Positions 31,762-47,028 of a stretch of 64,000 bases of DNA are shown piece after piece. A program made the translations under genes and the position numbers. The notes under the pieces were generated by a model. The model was not told the origin of the DNA. It did not search any database and saw nothing but the letters and a program-made list of their open reading frames with translations. The DNA lies in sequence record MK817115.1. The stretch is one strand, 5' to 3'. The DNA comes from Escherichia phage vB_EcoM_phAPEC6. Position 1 is the stretch's first letter, and each line of letters starts with the position of its first letter.

Positions 31762-32352
31762 TTATAATTTAACGTAAGATACTACTGATGCATCAGTAAC
31801 TGAAGGAACATTAAGATACACGTTCTCATATTCAATAAAATCAACAGTACTTGTAGTAAGTGCGTTCTTGATTCTCTGAATGGTTTTTTGTACAGTTATT
31901 TCTTCATTTACGATAGCATTAGTACCGTCACCTTTCAATGAATCATTGATTAGTTTTTGAATTATTTCAGCAGCTTTTGCAGTTTTCATATCTTCAGTAG
32001 TTAGTGCAGCTTGGTCAGCAACACTTAGTGTGTTAATAAACGGTTGATAACTAATATAACCAACTGTAATTGTTGCACCAGTTGGGATAGTTTTTGCAGT
32101 CCCAGGTGTAGAAAATTCAACTTTACTATAAACTGGTACTGAATACGTTGAGAGCAAACGTGAAAGTTGTAGATAACGCAAAAGTGCGATTGACTTATCA
32201 ATAGTTTGCTGGTCAGTAGGTGCGGTTGTTGGGGAAGATGAATCATAATCACCATACATATAATATGGGATATTATCTAGGTTCGTCCCTGAAACTTCAA
32301 TTTTAAATACTTGTAGTAAATTGTTCATTGTATATTCTTCTCCATAATACAA
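31762..32352 (-). CDS. hypothetical protein (196 aa)
   Basis: ORF only. Confidence 0.4.
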   Translation of the reverse strand: MYYGEEYTMNNLLQVFKIEVSGTNLDNIPYYMYGDYDSSSPTTAPTDQQTIDKSIALLRYLQLSRLLSTYSVPVYSKVEFSTPGTAKTIPTGATITVGYISYQPFINTLSVADQAALTTEDMKTAKAAEIIQKLINDSLKGDGTNAIVNEEITVQKTIQRIKNALTTSTVDFIEYENVYLNVPSVTDASVVSYVKL

Positions 32353-32411
32353 AACACTTTTGATTATTTATTATTAAAAATCAAAAATATTTACGTATAA
32401 CATTTAGTTTT

Positions 32412-33755
32412 TTAGAATCGTGCATTTTGTCTCAACATAACACTATATCGTGGACGTGTCATGGCAGTGTATAAAATTCTACACTTAGTATCATTTGTAC
32501 CAATACGTTCAATAAAATCAGTATCAAACCAAATGTTATCAAAAGTACTTCCTTGCGATTTATGAACAGTTGTTGCGTAAGGATAATTGATAATATGCAA
32601 TTTATTCTTTATTACATAGTAATCCTGCCACATATATGGTTTCTTTGTCAATGGATTTATTTCTTTTTTCTCAATATCCTTAACAAGTTTATCTAGTTTT
32701 TCGTCCATTGCAATTCTTGTTTCTGGTCCTACGCCTAAAATATAACTACCATTAGGTAAACGGAATTGCCAACAATCAATCCCCATAAAACTTTCACGTT
32801 TCACTTCAGGACATTGTATAATTTGTTGTACTACATATGGACTATTCTCAGTTATGCTTTCAAAAACAATTGGTTCACCTTTAGTAAATTCATCTGGTAC
32901 TTCAAATAGTTGACTTCTAATGTAAATATTAGCCAAATTAACTCGATAGTTAGTATATGCTAAGATTTTATTTTCATTTACGAAATCAAATATTTTTTTA
33001 GATGAACCCTTGTTTTCCATAATAAATTCACGATAAACATCTAAAAATAAATCTTCATCATCAATAGGTGTAATAGTGCTTAAACCATATGTCTGATGCA
33101 TAATATCAAATGGATTTTTACTAGTTCCAATACACTCTCGAATAGCAGTTGCAACTGCCAAAATCGGATTATCCAATGCTTGACGTAAAACCTCAGTTAA
33201 CTCATATTGAACAGGTACATCAAACGTAGGAGACAATTTAGTCTCTCCCATTGTACCTTCGGACTCAACTGGGGGCAATTGACAACGATCACCAATGAAT
33301 AAAACTGCTCGACGGACACGCCACAATTGATCCTGAATATGTTGGAATAATTCTTCTGAAATCATACTACACTCATCAACAATAAGAATGTCAACGTTAG
33401 TATTACTAACTTTACTTTGGGGATCATGTTTCAGTACTTGACGATTCTTTTCATATACTAATTTTAGTCCTAAAAAAGAGTGTATTGTACTAACTTGTGC
33501 ATCTTCCTTAGTAAGACCAGCATTATTGATTAGCATATTACGAATAACAGCATTGGCTTTATGTGTAGGTGAAGTTACTGCAATATTATAGTTTTTACAT
33601 AGTGCTTTTACAATCTCAGCAGTAGTGAATGTTTTTCCAGTTCCTGCTGGGGCAGACAAAACCGAAATGGTCTTACCTGCATAGTTGTAAACACGATCTA
33701 TAAAATCATCAAAGATTTCTTGTTGCTTATCCGTAAGCTTAATTTTACTCATCAT
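32412..33755 (-). CDS. dda: Dda-like SF1 DNA helicase
   Basis: Walker A APAGTGKT, DECSM, and C-terminal TTVHKSQGSTFD...TRPR motifs as in T4 Dda/RecD-like helicases. Confidence 0.85.
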   Translation of the reverse strand: MMSKIKLTDKQQEIFDDFIDRVYNYAGKTISVLSAPAGTGKTFTTAEIVKALCKNYNIAVTSPTHKANAVIRNMLINNAGLTKEDAQVSTIHSFLGLKLVYEKNRQVLKHDPQSKVSNTNVDILIVDECSMISEELFQHIQDQLWRVRRAVLFIGDRCQLPPVESEGTMGETKLSPTFDVPVQYELTEVLRQALDNPILAVATAIRECIGTSKNPFDIMHQTYGLSTITPIDDEDLFLDVYREFIMENKGSSKKIFDFVNENKILAYTNYRVNLANIYIRSQLFEVPDEFTKGEPIVFESITENSPYVVQQIIQCPEVKRESFMGIDCWQFRLPNGSYILGVGPETRIAMDEKLDKLVKDIEKKEINPLTKKPYMWQDYYVIKNKLHIINYPYATTVHKSQGSTFDNIWFDTDFIERIGTNDTKCRILYTAMTRPRYSVMLRQNARF

Positions 33756-33782
33756 TCCCTCGACTGATTTTTACATTTCAAG

Positions 33783-35085
<1,303 letters not shown>

Positions 35086-35170
35086 ATTACTTCTTTCTCC
35101 ATATAAACTATGTAAAACGTAAAAATGGGTAAATACTTTATAAAAATAACAATAAGATTGGAGATTAACA

Positions 35171-36573
<1,403 letters not shown>

Positions 36574-36576
36574 AAT

Positions 36577-36605
36577 AAAAGGAGCAACATTTTGTTGCTC
36601 CTTTT
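36577..36605. terminator. bidirectional intrinsic terminator (GGAGCAAC-ATTTT-GTTGCTCC flanked by A4 and T6)
   Basis: Sits exactly between convergent plus-strand (stop 36573) and minus-strand (stop 36609) genes. Confidence 0.7.
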
Positions 36606-36608
36606 TTA

Positions 36609-38084
<1,476 letters not shown>

Positions 38085-38220
38085 CTAGTACCATCACTTA
38101 AGATTATACCATTATCACAAACATCAATCACAGTACCCGTTACCTTCACACCACCAGTAAGATAAAAATCATATATGACATTAGCATCTATCGTAAAAAT
38201 ATCTTTCATACATTATACCC

Positions 38221-38247
38221 ATAAGAAAAGGGATTCATAGAATCCCT
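38221..38247 (-). terminator. intrinsic terminator-like hairpin (AGGGATTC-ATA-GAATCCCT)
   Basis: 8-bp inverted repeat then TTTTCTTAT on minus strand, just after nrdB stop. Confidence 0.55.
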
Positions 38248-38259
38248 GTTAGTTAGAAT

Positions 38260-39384
38260 TTATAGTTTGAATGGTGAGAATGTATCTACTTGGATATCAT
38301 TCACAATACCACCAATGATGTAAGAACTTATTTCAGTTTCTTGTGGTGCAACTTGTACTGAACCACCACTAACCCAATGCTCAGTCCAAGGTAGAGGGTT
38401 ACTCTTAGATACGGTATATGGACATTTAATTCCTAGTGCAGTCATACGCTTAGAACCAATCCAACGAACATATTGTTTTAGAATTTCTGCATTCAGTCCA
38501 ATGATTGAACCATCTTTAAAGAGGAAGTCTGCCCAAGCTTCTTCTTGACGGATAGCAGACATAAACATTTCCAGTACTTCATCATAACACTCTTCTGCTA
38601 TTTTTACCATATCTGGATCTTCTTTTTTGAGAAGACGTAGAATCATTTGGGTTGCTGCTAGGTGTAGGTTTTCATCACGACAGATTAGACGGATAATCTT
38701 AGCATTACCTTCCATTAGATTGTTTTCAGCAAACGCCCAAGAACACGCAAAGCTTGCATAAAAACGAACACCTTCAAGAATGTTAATACTATTCAGGCAC
38801 AACCAAAGTTTTTTCTTTAGTTCGTATAAACTAATTTCGACTGTTTCACCATTGATTGTATGTGTACCAACACCTAATGCACGGTATAGAGTACCTAGTA
38901 CATCAAGATCATCATAGTATTTGGAAACATCAGCAGCACAATCAGTGATTTCTGGAATGTCCAACATAGTATCAAATACTTCAGAAGGATTAGGATAAAT
39001 GTTACGAATAATATGAGTGTATGATTTACTATGAATCGCACCTTCAAAGAATGCCCATGTCTCTATAAAGTTCTCTAGTTCAGGTAGAGATGCATATGGA
39101 AGTAACATTAGGTTTGGACCACGACCTTGTACGGAATCAAGAAGAATTTGACGTTTCAAGTTAGAGGTAAAAATGTGCTTCTCGGAATCATTAAGGTTGG
39201 CAAAATCAATTTTATCTTTAGATACGTCAACTTCACCAGGAGTCCAGAAGAAACTTTTCTGTTGCTCTGTTAGTTTTTCAAGTGTAGAGTATTTGTTACT
39301 TTCAAAGCGTTGGATATCAACACTTTCATCAAAAAACATATTTTTTTCTAGGTGAGACTTCTCGTTAATTTTGAAAACTGACAT
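38260..39384 (-). CDS. nrdB: ribonucleotide reductase small subunit (class I beta)
   Basis: Di-iron ligand helices (EGVRFYASFA ... CRDENLHL) typical of NrdB/R2. Confidence 0.9.
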   Translation of the reverse strand: MSVFKINEKSHLEKNMFFDESVDIQRFESNKYSTLEKLTEQQKSFFWTPGEVDVSKDKIDFANLNDSEKHIFTSNLKRQILLDSVQGRGPNLMLLPYASLPELENFIETWAFFEGAIHSKSYTHIIRNIYPNPSEVFDTMLDIPEITDCAADVSKYYDDLDVLGTLYRALGVGTHTINGETVEISLYELKKKLWLCLNSINILEGVRFYASFACSWAFAENNLMEGNAKIIRLICRDENLHLAATQMILRLLKKEDPDMVKIAEECYDEVLEMFMSAIRQEEAWADFLFKDGSIIGLNAEILKQYVRWIGSKRMTALGIKCPYTVSKSNPLPWTEHWVSGGSVQVAPQETEISSYIIGGIVNDIQVDTFSPFKL

Positions 39385-39438
39385 ATATATTCCTTTATAT
39401 ATTTTGAAATAATAATCCCGCCGAAGCGGGATCTTAAA

Positions 39439-41757
39439 TTAGATTTTACAACTATCACAATCACCTTCATCCAAATCAGGAAGTGATGGTAATACAAATT
39501 GTCCAGATTCTGGTTTGGCAGCTTCTTTCAGTACTTTTTCAACGTCTACTTCATCTGAACCATCATTTGTATTATGATAATAAAGATTTTTCAAACCAAC
39601 TTTATATGCATACATAAGTTCAGTTAGAAGAGTTGACATTGGCAACTTACCATCAGGGAAGTGTATTGGGTTATAACTAGTATTAACACTGATACTTTGG
39701 TCAATGTATTTTTGTAGAACACCACAGATTTGTAGATAACCAATGTTATCTTTCTGATCCCATAGTAAATCATATTTGTTTTTCAACTTATTGATTTCTG
39801 GAACTACTTGTTTAAGAATACCATCCTTAGATAGTTTCTTCGTTACAAGAGAACGTGGCTTTTCAATACCGTTAGTACTGTTACTGATTTGTGCACTTGT
39901 TTCTGCTGGCATTAATGCCATTGTTGTTGCGTTACGAATACCATATTCTTTGATATCGGCACGTAAGGATTCCCAATCTTGTTTTAGTTCTTTAGTTACT
40001 AATTCATCAATGTCCGATTTATAAGTATCGATTGGAAGGATACCTTTGGCATATTTTAGATTATCAAATCCTTCACACTTACCTTTCTCTTTAGCAAGCT
40101 GTACAGAAGATTTAATTAGATAGTAAGACCATGCTTCAGCCCACTCGTTAACTGTTTCTAGTGCTGCTTCATTATAACGTAAACCACGTTTAGCAAGGAA
40201 GTATGCAAAGTTAATAATACCAACACCTAGTGGACGATACATTTTTGTTGCTCGGTCAGCATGAACTACTGGGTAGTCTTGATAGTCCAATAGTGAATCA
40301 AGAGCACGAACAGAAAGATCACATGCAGTTTCCATATCTTCTGGTTTATCAAAGTTACCCCAGTTAATTGCACTCAAAGTACATAGGCTAATCAAACCTT
40401 CACCAGTATTAATATCATCAAATGGCACAGATGGTAGTGCGATTTCTTGACACAAGTTGGATTGTTCGATTGGTGCAATTGATTCAACAAATGTTGAGTG
40501 AGTGTTTGCATGGTCAATATTTTGAATATAGATACGACCAGTTTCTGCACGTTCAGTCATTAGAGTACTGAATACTTCCACAGCAGGAACGGATTTTTTA
40601 CGGATGCTTTGGTCAGCTTCGTATTTTTTATATAGTTTTTCAAATTCTTTTTGGTCAGAACAGAATGCTTCATATAGCCCAGGGACTTCATTAGGACTAA
40701 AGAATGTAATATTCTTTCCATCAACCAAACGTTGATATAAAGTTTTGTTTACTTGGAAACAATAGTCTAGTTGACGTACACGGTTAAACTCTGTACCTTT
40801 GTTATTTTTAAGTACAACTAGGTTATCAAATTCCAAATGCCACAATGGAAAGTGAACAGTTGCTGCACCACCACGCACACCACCCTGTGAGCAGCTTTTA
40901 ACGGTCTTAGCAGTTGCTGCGATAAAAGGAATCAACCCAGTATGTACTGCATCACCTGAACGAATCTCAGAGTCTAGAGCACGAATGCGGCCCATATTAA
41001 TACCTAGTCCAGCTTTGCGTGAGATATAACGTAGAATAGCGTGATTTGATGAACCAATGCTATCTAAACTATCACCAACGTTCAGTACTACACAAGAACT
41101 AAACTGACGTGTATTAGTACGTAGACCTGCCATAATAGGTGTTGGAAGACTGATGTCAAAATTACTTACTGCGTCATAAAACTTTTTAACATATGACATA
41201 CGTACAGAACGATCATACTCCATAAAGATGATTGCTGCAATAGTCATATATGCCATTTGTGGGGTTTCATAAATTTTCTTAGTGACTCGGTTTTTATAAA
41301 GATACTTTCCTTCCCACTGACGCATAGCAACATAAGTAAATTTGTCGTCACGCTTATGTTTGATATAACGCCCAAGCTCTTCTATTTCTTGAAGAGTATA
41401 TTTCTCCAAAATTTCAGGATCATATATTTTAGTATCTACCATTTCTTGAAGATGAGCAGTATACTTAATTGGGTCATACTGTCCATATACTTGCTTACGA
41501 ATACTATAGTTTAATAATCTTCCAGCAACGTATTGATAGTTAGGCGTATCTTCAGAAATAAGTTCTGCTGCTGCTTTTATTAGAATATCATGAATAGTAC
41601 TAGTTTCAATACCTTCATAAAACTGAAGTTGTGCTCGGATTTCAATTTCAGAAACTGAAATACCACTTAAACCTTCAGCAGCGAAAAATAAAATTTGATG
41701 GATCTTATCCAATGATAACGGCTCTTTCATTCCATTACGCTTGGTTACGTTAATCAT
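39439..41757 (-). CDS. nrdA: ribonucleotide reductase large subunit (class I alpha)
   Basis: 772 aa; class Ia catalytic-core pattern and C-terminal Cys pair (CDSCKI); immediately upstream of nrdB. Confidence 0.9.
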   Translation of the reverse strand: MINVTKRNGMKEPLSLDKIHQILFFAAEGLSGISVSEIEIRAQLQFYEGIETSTIHDILIKAAAELISEDTPNYQYVAGRLLNYSIRKQVYGQYDPIKYTAHLQEMVDTKIYDPEILEKYTLQEIEELGRYIKHKRDDKFTYVAMRQWEGKYLYKNRVTKKIYETPQMAYMTIAAIIFMEYDRSVRMSYVKKFYDAVSNFDISLPTPIMAGLRTNTRQFSSCVVLNVGDSLDSIGSSNHAILRYISRKAGLGINMGRIRALDSEIRSGDAVHTGLIPFIAATAKTVKSCSQGGVRGGAATVHFPLWHLEFDNLVVLKNNKGTEFNRVRQLDYCFQVNKTLYQRLVDGKNITFFSPNEVPGLYEAFCSDQKEFEKLYKKYEADQSIRKKSVPAVEVFSTLMTERAETGRIYIQNIDHANTHSTFVESIAPIEQSNLCQEIALPSVPFDDINTGEGLISLCTLSAINWGNFDKPEDMETACDLSVRALDSLLDYQDYPVVHADRATKMYRPLGVGIINFAYFLAKRGLRYNEAALETVNEWAEAWSYYLIKSSVQLAKEKGKCEGFDNLKYAKGILPIDTYKSDIDELVTKELKQDWESLRADIKEYGIRNATTMALMPAETSAQISNSTNGIEKPRSLVTKKLSKDGILKQVVPEINKLKNKYDLLWDQKDNIGYLQICGVLQKYIDQSISVNTSYNPIHFPDGKLPMSTLLTELMYAYKVGLKNLYYHNTNDGSDEVDVEKVLKEAAKPESGQFVLPSLPDLDEGDCDSCKI

Positions 41758-41800
41758 GTGTCATCCTTGTTTTTTGATGTAAATTTCTTTTTTTAGTGGA

Positions 41801-41820
41801 AGAAAAAGGCGGGACGCCTT
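41801..41820 (-). terminator. terminator-like hairpin (AAGGCG-GGA-CGCCTT)
   Basis: Hairpin directly after upstream stop, followed by TTTTTCTTCC on minus strand. Confidence 0.5.
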
Positions 41821-42402
41821 TTAAGGTTTGTCCCACCCACGATATACAAATTCTATATGATATCCTGAATTTAAATAATCCGAGTTAACTATGTTAAATT
41901 GCATATTTCCAGTTGTAGAATCATATGCAGGATCTTCAAATGAGATAGAAATAATTGCGTCAGTTCTATTTGTATTATTTGACTGTGCAATCATTGTGTT
42001 TGAACCAGCGGCTACTAGTTGAATAGTTCCTGATTCTAAAACCGTTTCTGTATCATCATATGCAATATAATCGATGAATACTCTACTTTCACTTTCAAGA
42101 ATAACTTCTATACTTTCTTGATTTTGTGGAAGATCAACTTTAAACGGTCTATTAATTATTTTTGATACCGTTCTCCACGGTGAAAATTCTGTAATTATTT
42201 CTACGTTTTCTTTACCTGAATTTGGATCAGTAGTCCAAGTTCTTCCAGCGACTAAGCTGGCTGGGTCAGATGATGATGGAAGGCCAATAAAAACACGACC
42301 CACATCAGTACTGAATCCTATCTGACCTTTTTCTAATGCATCAGGTAAGTCTCTCTGTTTACCAGTTCTTACTTGTTGTAAAGCAATTTGTTGTTGTGCC
42401 AT
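41821..42402 (-). CDS. hypothetical protein (193 aa)
   Basis: ORF only. Confidence 0.4.
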   Translation of the reverse strand: MAQQQIALQQVRTGKQRDLPDALEKGQIGFSTDVGRVFIGLPSSSDPASLVAGRTWTTDPNSGKENVEIITEFSPWRTVSKIINRPFKVDLPQNQESIEVILESESRVFIDYIAYDDTETVLESGTIQLVAAGSNTMIAQSNNTNRTDAIISISFEDPAYDSTTGNMQFNIVNSDYLNSGYHIEFVYRGWDKP

Positions 42403-42430
42403 AAAAACTATCTCCTATAGTATTATAGGA

Positions 42431-43003
42431 TTATTTAGCTTTTTCTTTAACTTCCGCAATACGCTCATTAATTAGTTGAGATACAACTGAGCTATCTACA
42501 GAAGATAGAATTTGTTCTGGTACTAAAGATTTTAAATGTTTAACATAATTGGAAACACTTTTTAATTCTTTAGTTTGCAATGCTTCTTTGATAATGTCCA
42601 AATCTTCTTTAGATGAAACAACACGCTCAATAACAACTTCATCTTCTTCCAATTCAGGAGCAAGTTCTTCTGCAATAATTTCTACTTCTTCAGAAACTTT
42701 AACTTGTTCTTCACTATCAACAACATACTCTTGAATAACTTCTGGTGGTACATTGCGTGATACTTCATCAACACTAATATCTTGTGCAATTTGTTCTTTA
42801 ATTTCTTCAACAGGTTTAGCACCACGTTGTTTATAATCTTTGATATTTAGAATTAGCTTATTTGATAAATCCAGTTTATCAATCTCTTCTTCACTAAGTT
42901 TAATTACTTCTTCTAAATCATAACCTTTACTTACTAGTGCACGAATTGTATATAGATCTTGTTTCATTTTTTTATGCTGCTCCATTTGATTCAATTTCTC
43001 CAC
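42431..43003 (-). CDS. acidic helical protein (190 aa)
   Basis: Glu-rich, helix-prone. Confidence 0.35.
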   Translation of the reverse strand: MEKLNQMEQHKKMKQDLYTIRALVSKGYDLEEVIKLSEEEIDKLDLSNKLILNIKDYKQRGAKPVEEIKEQIAQDISVDEVSRNVPPEVIQEYVVDSEEQVKVSEEVEIIAEELAPELEEDEVVIERVVSSKEDLDIIKEALQTKELKSVSNYVKHLKSLVPEQILSSVDSSVVSQLINERIAEVKEKAK

Positions 43004-43691
43004 GTAAAATATAGTATTGTTCTACACGTTCAATCCACATATTGACTGCATCTTTGAAGTCTTGTCCTTCTATGACAAACTCTTGATATTGTAGATTGTT
43101 AGGATCTTTTCTTACACAGATGAAAATCACACCACGTTCTATATTAGTTCCAAACATTTGATTATGGGCTAATGCATATGCTGCAATTTGCATACGATAA
43201 TTTTCTATTTGTCCCCACTTCTTAACTTTACGGGAATTTTTATAATCCATAATGGTTGGGATTCCATCATGAACACCTACTAAATCAGTTGTTCCGGCCC
43301 ATAAACCTTCATAGTACAATGGGACTTCCTGTCCCCATACTTCATTAATTCTAGGCCATGCTTCTTGCTGAATTTTGTCAGCCATTCTACGTGCAAGAAC
43401 TCGAATTGGCATACCACCTTCATGGTCTGGCTTTCCTTCCAATCTAAATTCCAAGTTCTCATGCATAAAAGTACCAACTGTACATGCTTCTAATGTAATC
43501 TCATTAGCCTTTTCTTCACCAACAAATTCTCTCCATTTCTTTAAACCTTCGTCATTCGAGGTCGCACTTAGAATTGTTGTTACTGACGGCAGATTACCAG
43601 TTGGAGTTGAATAAAGGCGACCTTCTGGGCCGCCTTCAATTCTATTGTAACCAACATATGTATATCTGCTAACAATTGGTGGTGTGTACAT
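42972..43691 (-). CDS. PD-(D/E)XK-family nuclease (putative)
   Basis: TTDLVGVHDG ... IMDYKNSRK fits D...(D/E)xK core. Confidence 0.45.
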   Translation of the reverse strand: MYTPPIVSRYTYVGYNRIEGGPEGRLYSTPTGNLPSVTTILSATSNDEGLKKWREFVGEEKANEITLEACTVGTFMHENLEFRLEGKPDHEGGMPIRVLARRMADKIQQEAWPRINEVWGQEVPLYYEGLWAGTTDLVGVHDGIPTIMDYKNSRKVKKWGQIENYRMQIAAYALAHNQMFGTNIERGVIFICVRKDPNNLQYQEFVIEGQDFKDAVNMWIERVEQYYILRGEIESNGAA

Positions 43692-43730
43692 CCGTGTACT
43701 CCTAATTATAGCATTATATTTTAATTTGTC

Positions 43731-44066
43731 TCAGTTTTTTTGTTTATTTGCTGTCACAGCAGCTTTTGTGGCCCAATCTTCAACTTGCTCTTCAGAATCT
43801 TGCTCGACTTCTTCTGAACCTTCTGCTGAATTTCCTGCAAAAGTTACAACATCAGAATTAGCATCCTGTACAAAAGGAAGGGAATTCAAAATGTCCATCA
43901 TTACATTGTATGGAACATCGATGTTGGTTCTCTTTTTAATTTCAGAAATCAAAGATTGAACATTTACTTCTTCTCGACCCGTGGACACTAAAGACAACGC
44001 AATAGTAGTAATCATATTGCGTATATCTTTACCAGGAGCCTCTTCAGTAAGATCACGAAATCTCAT
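43731..44066 (-). CDS. hypothetical protein (111 aa)
   Basis: ORF only. Confidence 0.35.
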   Translation of the reverse strand: MRFRDLTEEAPGKDIRNMITTIALSLVSTGREEVNVQSLISEIKKRTNIDVPYNVMMDILNSLPFVQDANSDVVTFAGNSAEGSEEVEQDSEEQVEDWATKAAVTANKQKN

Positions 44067-44082
44067 GTAGAATTGTCCTTAA

Positions 44083-44739
44083 TTATTTTTTAACGTATCC
44101 TAGAACACGTTTAACTTTCTTTTCATTCTCAGAAAGCCATGTTTTCATTTCTTCTTTTGAACTAAAGTATTTAGTACCCACAGTTCCGCGAATACTTTCC
44201 ATTTTTACACCAACTTTACTTGGTTTAACAGATTCTTTCATTTCACGTTCAGTTGGTACTGGTTCAGAGATAATGTCTTCTTCAAAGTCTGCGTCTGCAT
44301 CCATATCAAAAGTTGGGGTATCTGCTGCAATATCAATATCAACATCTTCACTTCCAATATCAGAAACATCTGGACCGTCAGTGATATCACCAGTTAGTTT
44401 AAGTGTTTCAGTACTGATTTTGTCTTTTACATCCATTAAGGTAGTAACTGCATGTTGTAGTAGATGGCGAACATTATCACTAAAATTTTGTGCAGCATCT
44501 AGACCTTGCTCGGCTTTAATACGGTCAAGTAGTGGGCCTAGTACGTCAACACCCATGTTGTTAATAACCTCAGATTGACGTTGGAGTTTATCAACAATCT
44601 CACCTTTTACTGAAAGAACAATTTCTGCTTTTTCAATATTAGATTCATTTAATTGAATAAACTTCATAGCTTCTGCACGAGAAGCTGCTTCCATTAGTTT
44701 TTTATATTTTGACATTTGTATTTCCTTATAAAATATCAC
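44083..44739 (-). CDS. hypothetical protein (218 aa)
   Basis: ORF only. Confidence 0.4.
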   Translation of the reverse strand: MIFYKEIQMSKYKKLMEAASRAEAMKFIQLNESNIEKAEIVLSVKGEIVDKLQRQSEVINNMGVDVLGPLLDRIKAEQGLDAAQNFSDNVRHLLQHAVTTLMDVKDKISTETLKLTGDITDGPDVSDIGSEDVDIDIAADTPTFDMDADADFEEDIISEPVPTEREMKESVKPSKVGVKMESIRGTVGTKYFSSKEEMKTWLSENEKKVKRVLGYVKK

Positions 44740-44748
44740 TCATTTTAT

Positions 44749-45420
44749 TTACTTTATATAACCTTCGCCTTTTAGAAAGTTTAATACACGCTCTTTTAAT
44801 TTATACGCTTCAGCTTTCTTTTCTGCAATAATTATATCTAAATCTTTTGCTTCATCATACTTCGATTCATTAAGTACGCGTTGACGTTTCTGGGCTGCTT
44901 TCAATGCTTCACTAATCACATTCGTGTATTGAAGACCCGAACTGATTATACCAAGTACTTTTGCATCTGTCAACATTCTTCCTTCATTGAGAAGGTTAAC
45001 TAATGTAAGTGCTGCTTCATACATCATAATATTATTCATAATAATTTGTGAACTATGATTACACTTAATGCTATAAACTTTTGTAGATTTAGTACCTTGT
45101 ACTTTTTCTTCCACTAAACTCCAATTAGTTTTTGGTTTAATAGGTGCTTGTGATGGTCGTGGTGATTGTACTGGTGAATTCCCTGATAAATGTTCATTAT
45201 ATGGAGAATTGTATTGTACCATATGTGGATGTTGCGGTTCACCATAATCCATACCTGCTTCATTCAATGAAGTTAAAATAGAAGCCATAGCACCGATATC
45301 ACCACCAGTTTTATATGGAACCCCTGATGCGTTATGTGTTTCACCAGCTTCAATGTCATTCAATCCACTTAACAAATCAGCCATCTGATTAACTGATTGT
45401 TGATCATATTCGTAATTCAT
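44749..45420 (-). CDS. hypothetical protein (223 aa)
   Basis: ORF only. Confidence 0.4.
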   Translation of the reverse strand: MNYEYDQQSVNQMADLLSGLNDIEAGETHNASGVPYKTGGDIGAMASILTSLNEAGMDYGEPQHPHMVQYNSPYNEHLSGNSPVQSPRPSQAPIKPKTNWSLVEEKVQGTKSTKVYSIKCNHSSQIIMNNIMMYEAALTLVNLLNEGRMLTDAKVLGIISSGLQYTNVISEALKAAQKRQRVLNESKYDEAKDLDIIIAEKKAEAYKLKERVLNFLKGEGYIK

Positions 45421-45635
45421 TTACTACTCCTAACTGTTTGGTAAGATTCAGTACCGTCATCATTTTCTATTTTATTTAGAACACCACGTGATACCATTTT
45501 ATCAGCTAATTCCTGATAATATTCATTTACCTTTTCAACTGGAACAGTACCGCGTGCTTTTATCTTTTGTAATAGTTTATATTCTTCATTAGAAACCATT
45601 GTATTGTGACCATGCACATTTAGTACTGTTCTCAT
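45417..45635 (-). CDS. hypothetical protein (72 aa)
   Basis: Short ORF with 4-nt overlap downstream. Confidence 0.3.
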   Translation of the reverse strand: MRTVLNVHGHNTMVSNEEYKLLQKIKARGTVPVEKVNEYYQELADKMVSRGVLNKIENDDGTESYQTVRSSK

Positions 45636-46633
45636 TAACGACCTCGCATACGATGACAGAAATCGATAATTTGATCTACCATGTCATCATTATCAGATTG
45701 TGATGTGTTTGCCATAACACTTTCATCACCATAGATATCATCTTCTTTTTCAATATCAGAAATTGCATGTATCATTTCACCCATACCAGGTGCATGATGT
45801 GACAATGGTGATGGTGTATCAGGATTACTATCAGGCTCTAAACTGGAATTAGCCATAAGTTCACTGTTAATTTCTTGTGGAGATTTTTCTTCACGAATTG
45901 GATTATTTTCATTATCAATAGGATTAACATCACTCAAAGGAAAAACGTTCAACTCATTTGGCTTGGTCCCACTTTTAGTAATAACTAATGACTGCTCCGG
46001 TGTTTGTCCTGGGTCAACACCAACTACAGGCTCAACCGAATCAGTCCCGCTTTGTGTACCTGGAACACTAACTTTCATATTATTAGCATTTCTTTGCAAC
46101 TCAGCTTGTTTCATTTTAGCTTGAGTTTGTGGATTGACTTGTTGTTGACCCTGAGAAACATTCATTTTAGCAATTTGTTTTGCTTGCATTTGTGTGGCTT
46201 GATTTTGTAAATCTTCAAATACAATTGCTTTTAATTCTTGTGTGGTTAGTTTTGTTATATCTGAATATGTATAGTTTTTATGATACTCTTCTGATAATTG
46301 CGTTAGTGACATTGAATCAACAATACTATGAAGTTCAGTACTTTCATTAATATGTTTGTTAATATTTTTAGTACTAAAATAATTATAACATTCACTCATC
46401 TGTGCTTTGTATTTTTGTAAAATTTGGAATATTTCACGATTGTCAGAATTATCAATCGCAGAATTTAAAGTGATAAAATCACCTGCATCCATATTATCAA
46501 GAATAACAGAAACATCAACATTCAAATTATGTGCATCTGCGAACTTTTGAAGTTCAGTTGCTGTTTGGTTTATATCCATAATTTCTCCATATAAAATAAA
46601 AAGACCTCTGTCTTGCTTTATGATATTTATCAC
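45635..46633 (-). CDS. hypothetical protein (332 aa)
   Basis: ORF with low-complexity C-terminal half. Confidence 0.4.
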   Translation of the reverse strand: MINIIKQDRGLFILYGEIMDINQTATELQKFADAHNLNVDVSVILDNMDAGDFITLNSAIDNSDNREIFQILQKYKAQMSECYNYFSTKNINKHINESTELHSIVDSMSLTQLSEEYHKNYTYSDITKLTTQELKAIVFEDLQNQATQMQAKQIAKMNVSQGQQQVNPQTQAKMKQAELQRNANNMKVSVPGTQSGTDSVEPVVGVDPGQTPEQSLVITKSGTKPNELNVFPLSDVNPIDNENNPIREEKSPQEINSELMANSSLEPDSNPDTPSPLSHHAPGMGEMIHAISDIEKEDDIYGDESVMANTSQSDNDDMVDQIIDFCHRMRGR

Positions 46634-46635
46634 AA

Positions 46636-47028
46636 TTAAGAAAAGGTCTGTTTGCTGATGCTAATGTTAATATCATCACCAGATGTGATAAATTTTGTTA
46701 TTCGTTTTCCATTTAATTCGGTTGGTAGAACCAATGGTATACCATTCAAACGAAGTTCGACATCCATTGGTAATGCGAATTTGAATGTGCTTATGGTACA
46801 TTTTCCCCAAGAAATTGGCATGTTATAAAAAGATGAATTATTATCTTTATATAAATCGACTTCATTTTTAACAACGCTTACCATCATTGGATAGTCATAT
46901 ACCATAATAGCTTCCAACAACCTAGACAAGTTCATAGCACCAGTGAACTTAGAATCTATGATTGTTGGGGTTTTACCATCACCAATATCTACTACAGTGT
47001 GAATTGTGTAGAATGTATATGGTTTCAT
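46636..47028 (-). CDS. hypothetical protein (130 aa)
   Basis: ORF only. Confidence 0.35.
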   Translation of the reverse strand: MKPYTFYTIHTVVDIGDGKTPTIIDSKFTGAMNLSRLLEAIMVYDYPMMVSVVKNEVDLYKDNNSSFYNMPISWGKCTISTFKFALPMDVELRLNGIPLVLPTELNGKRITKFITSGDDINISISKQTFS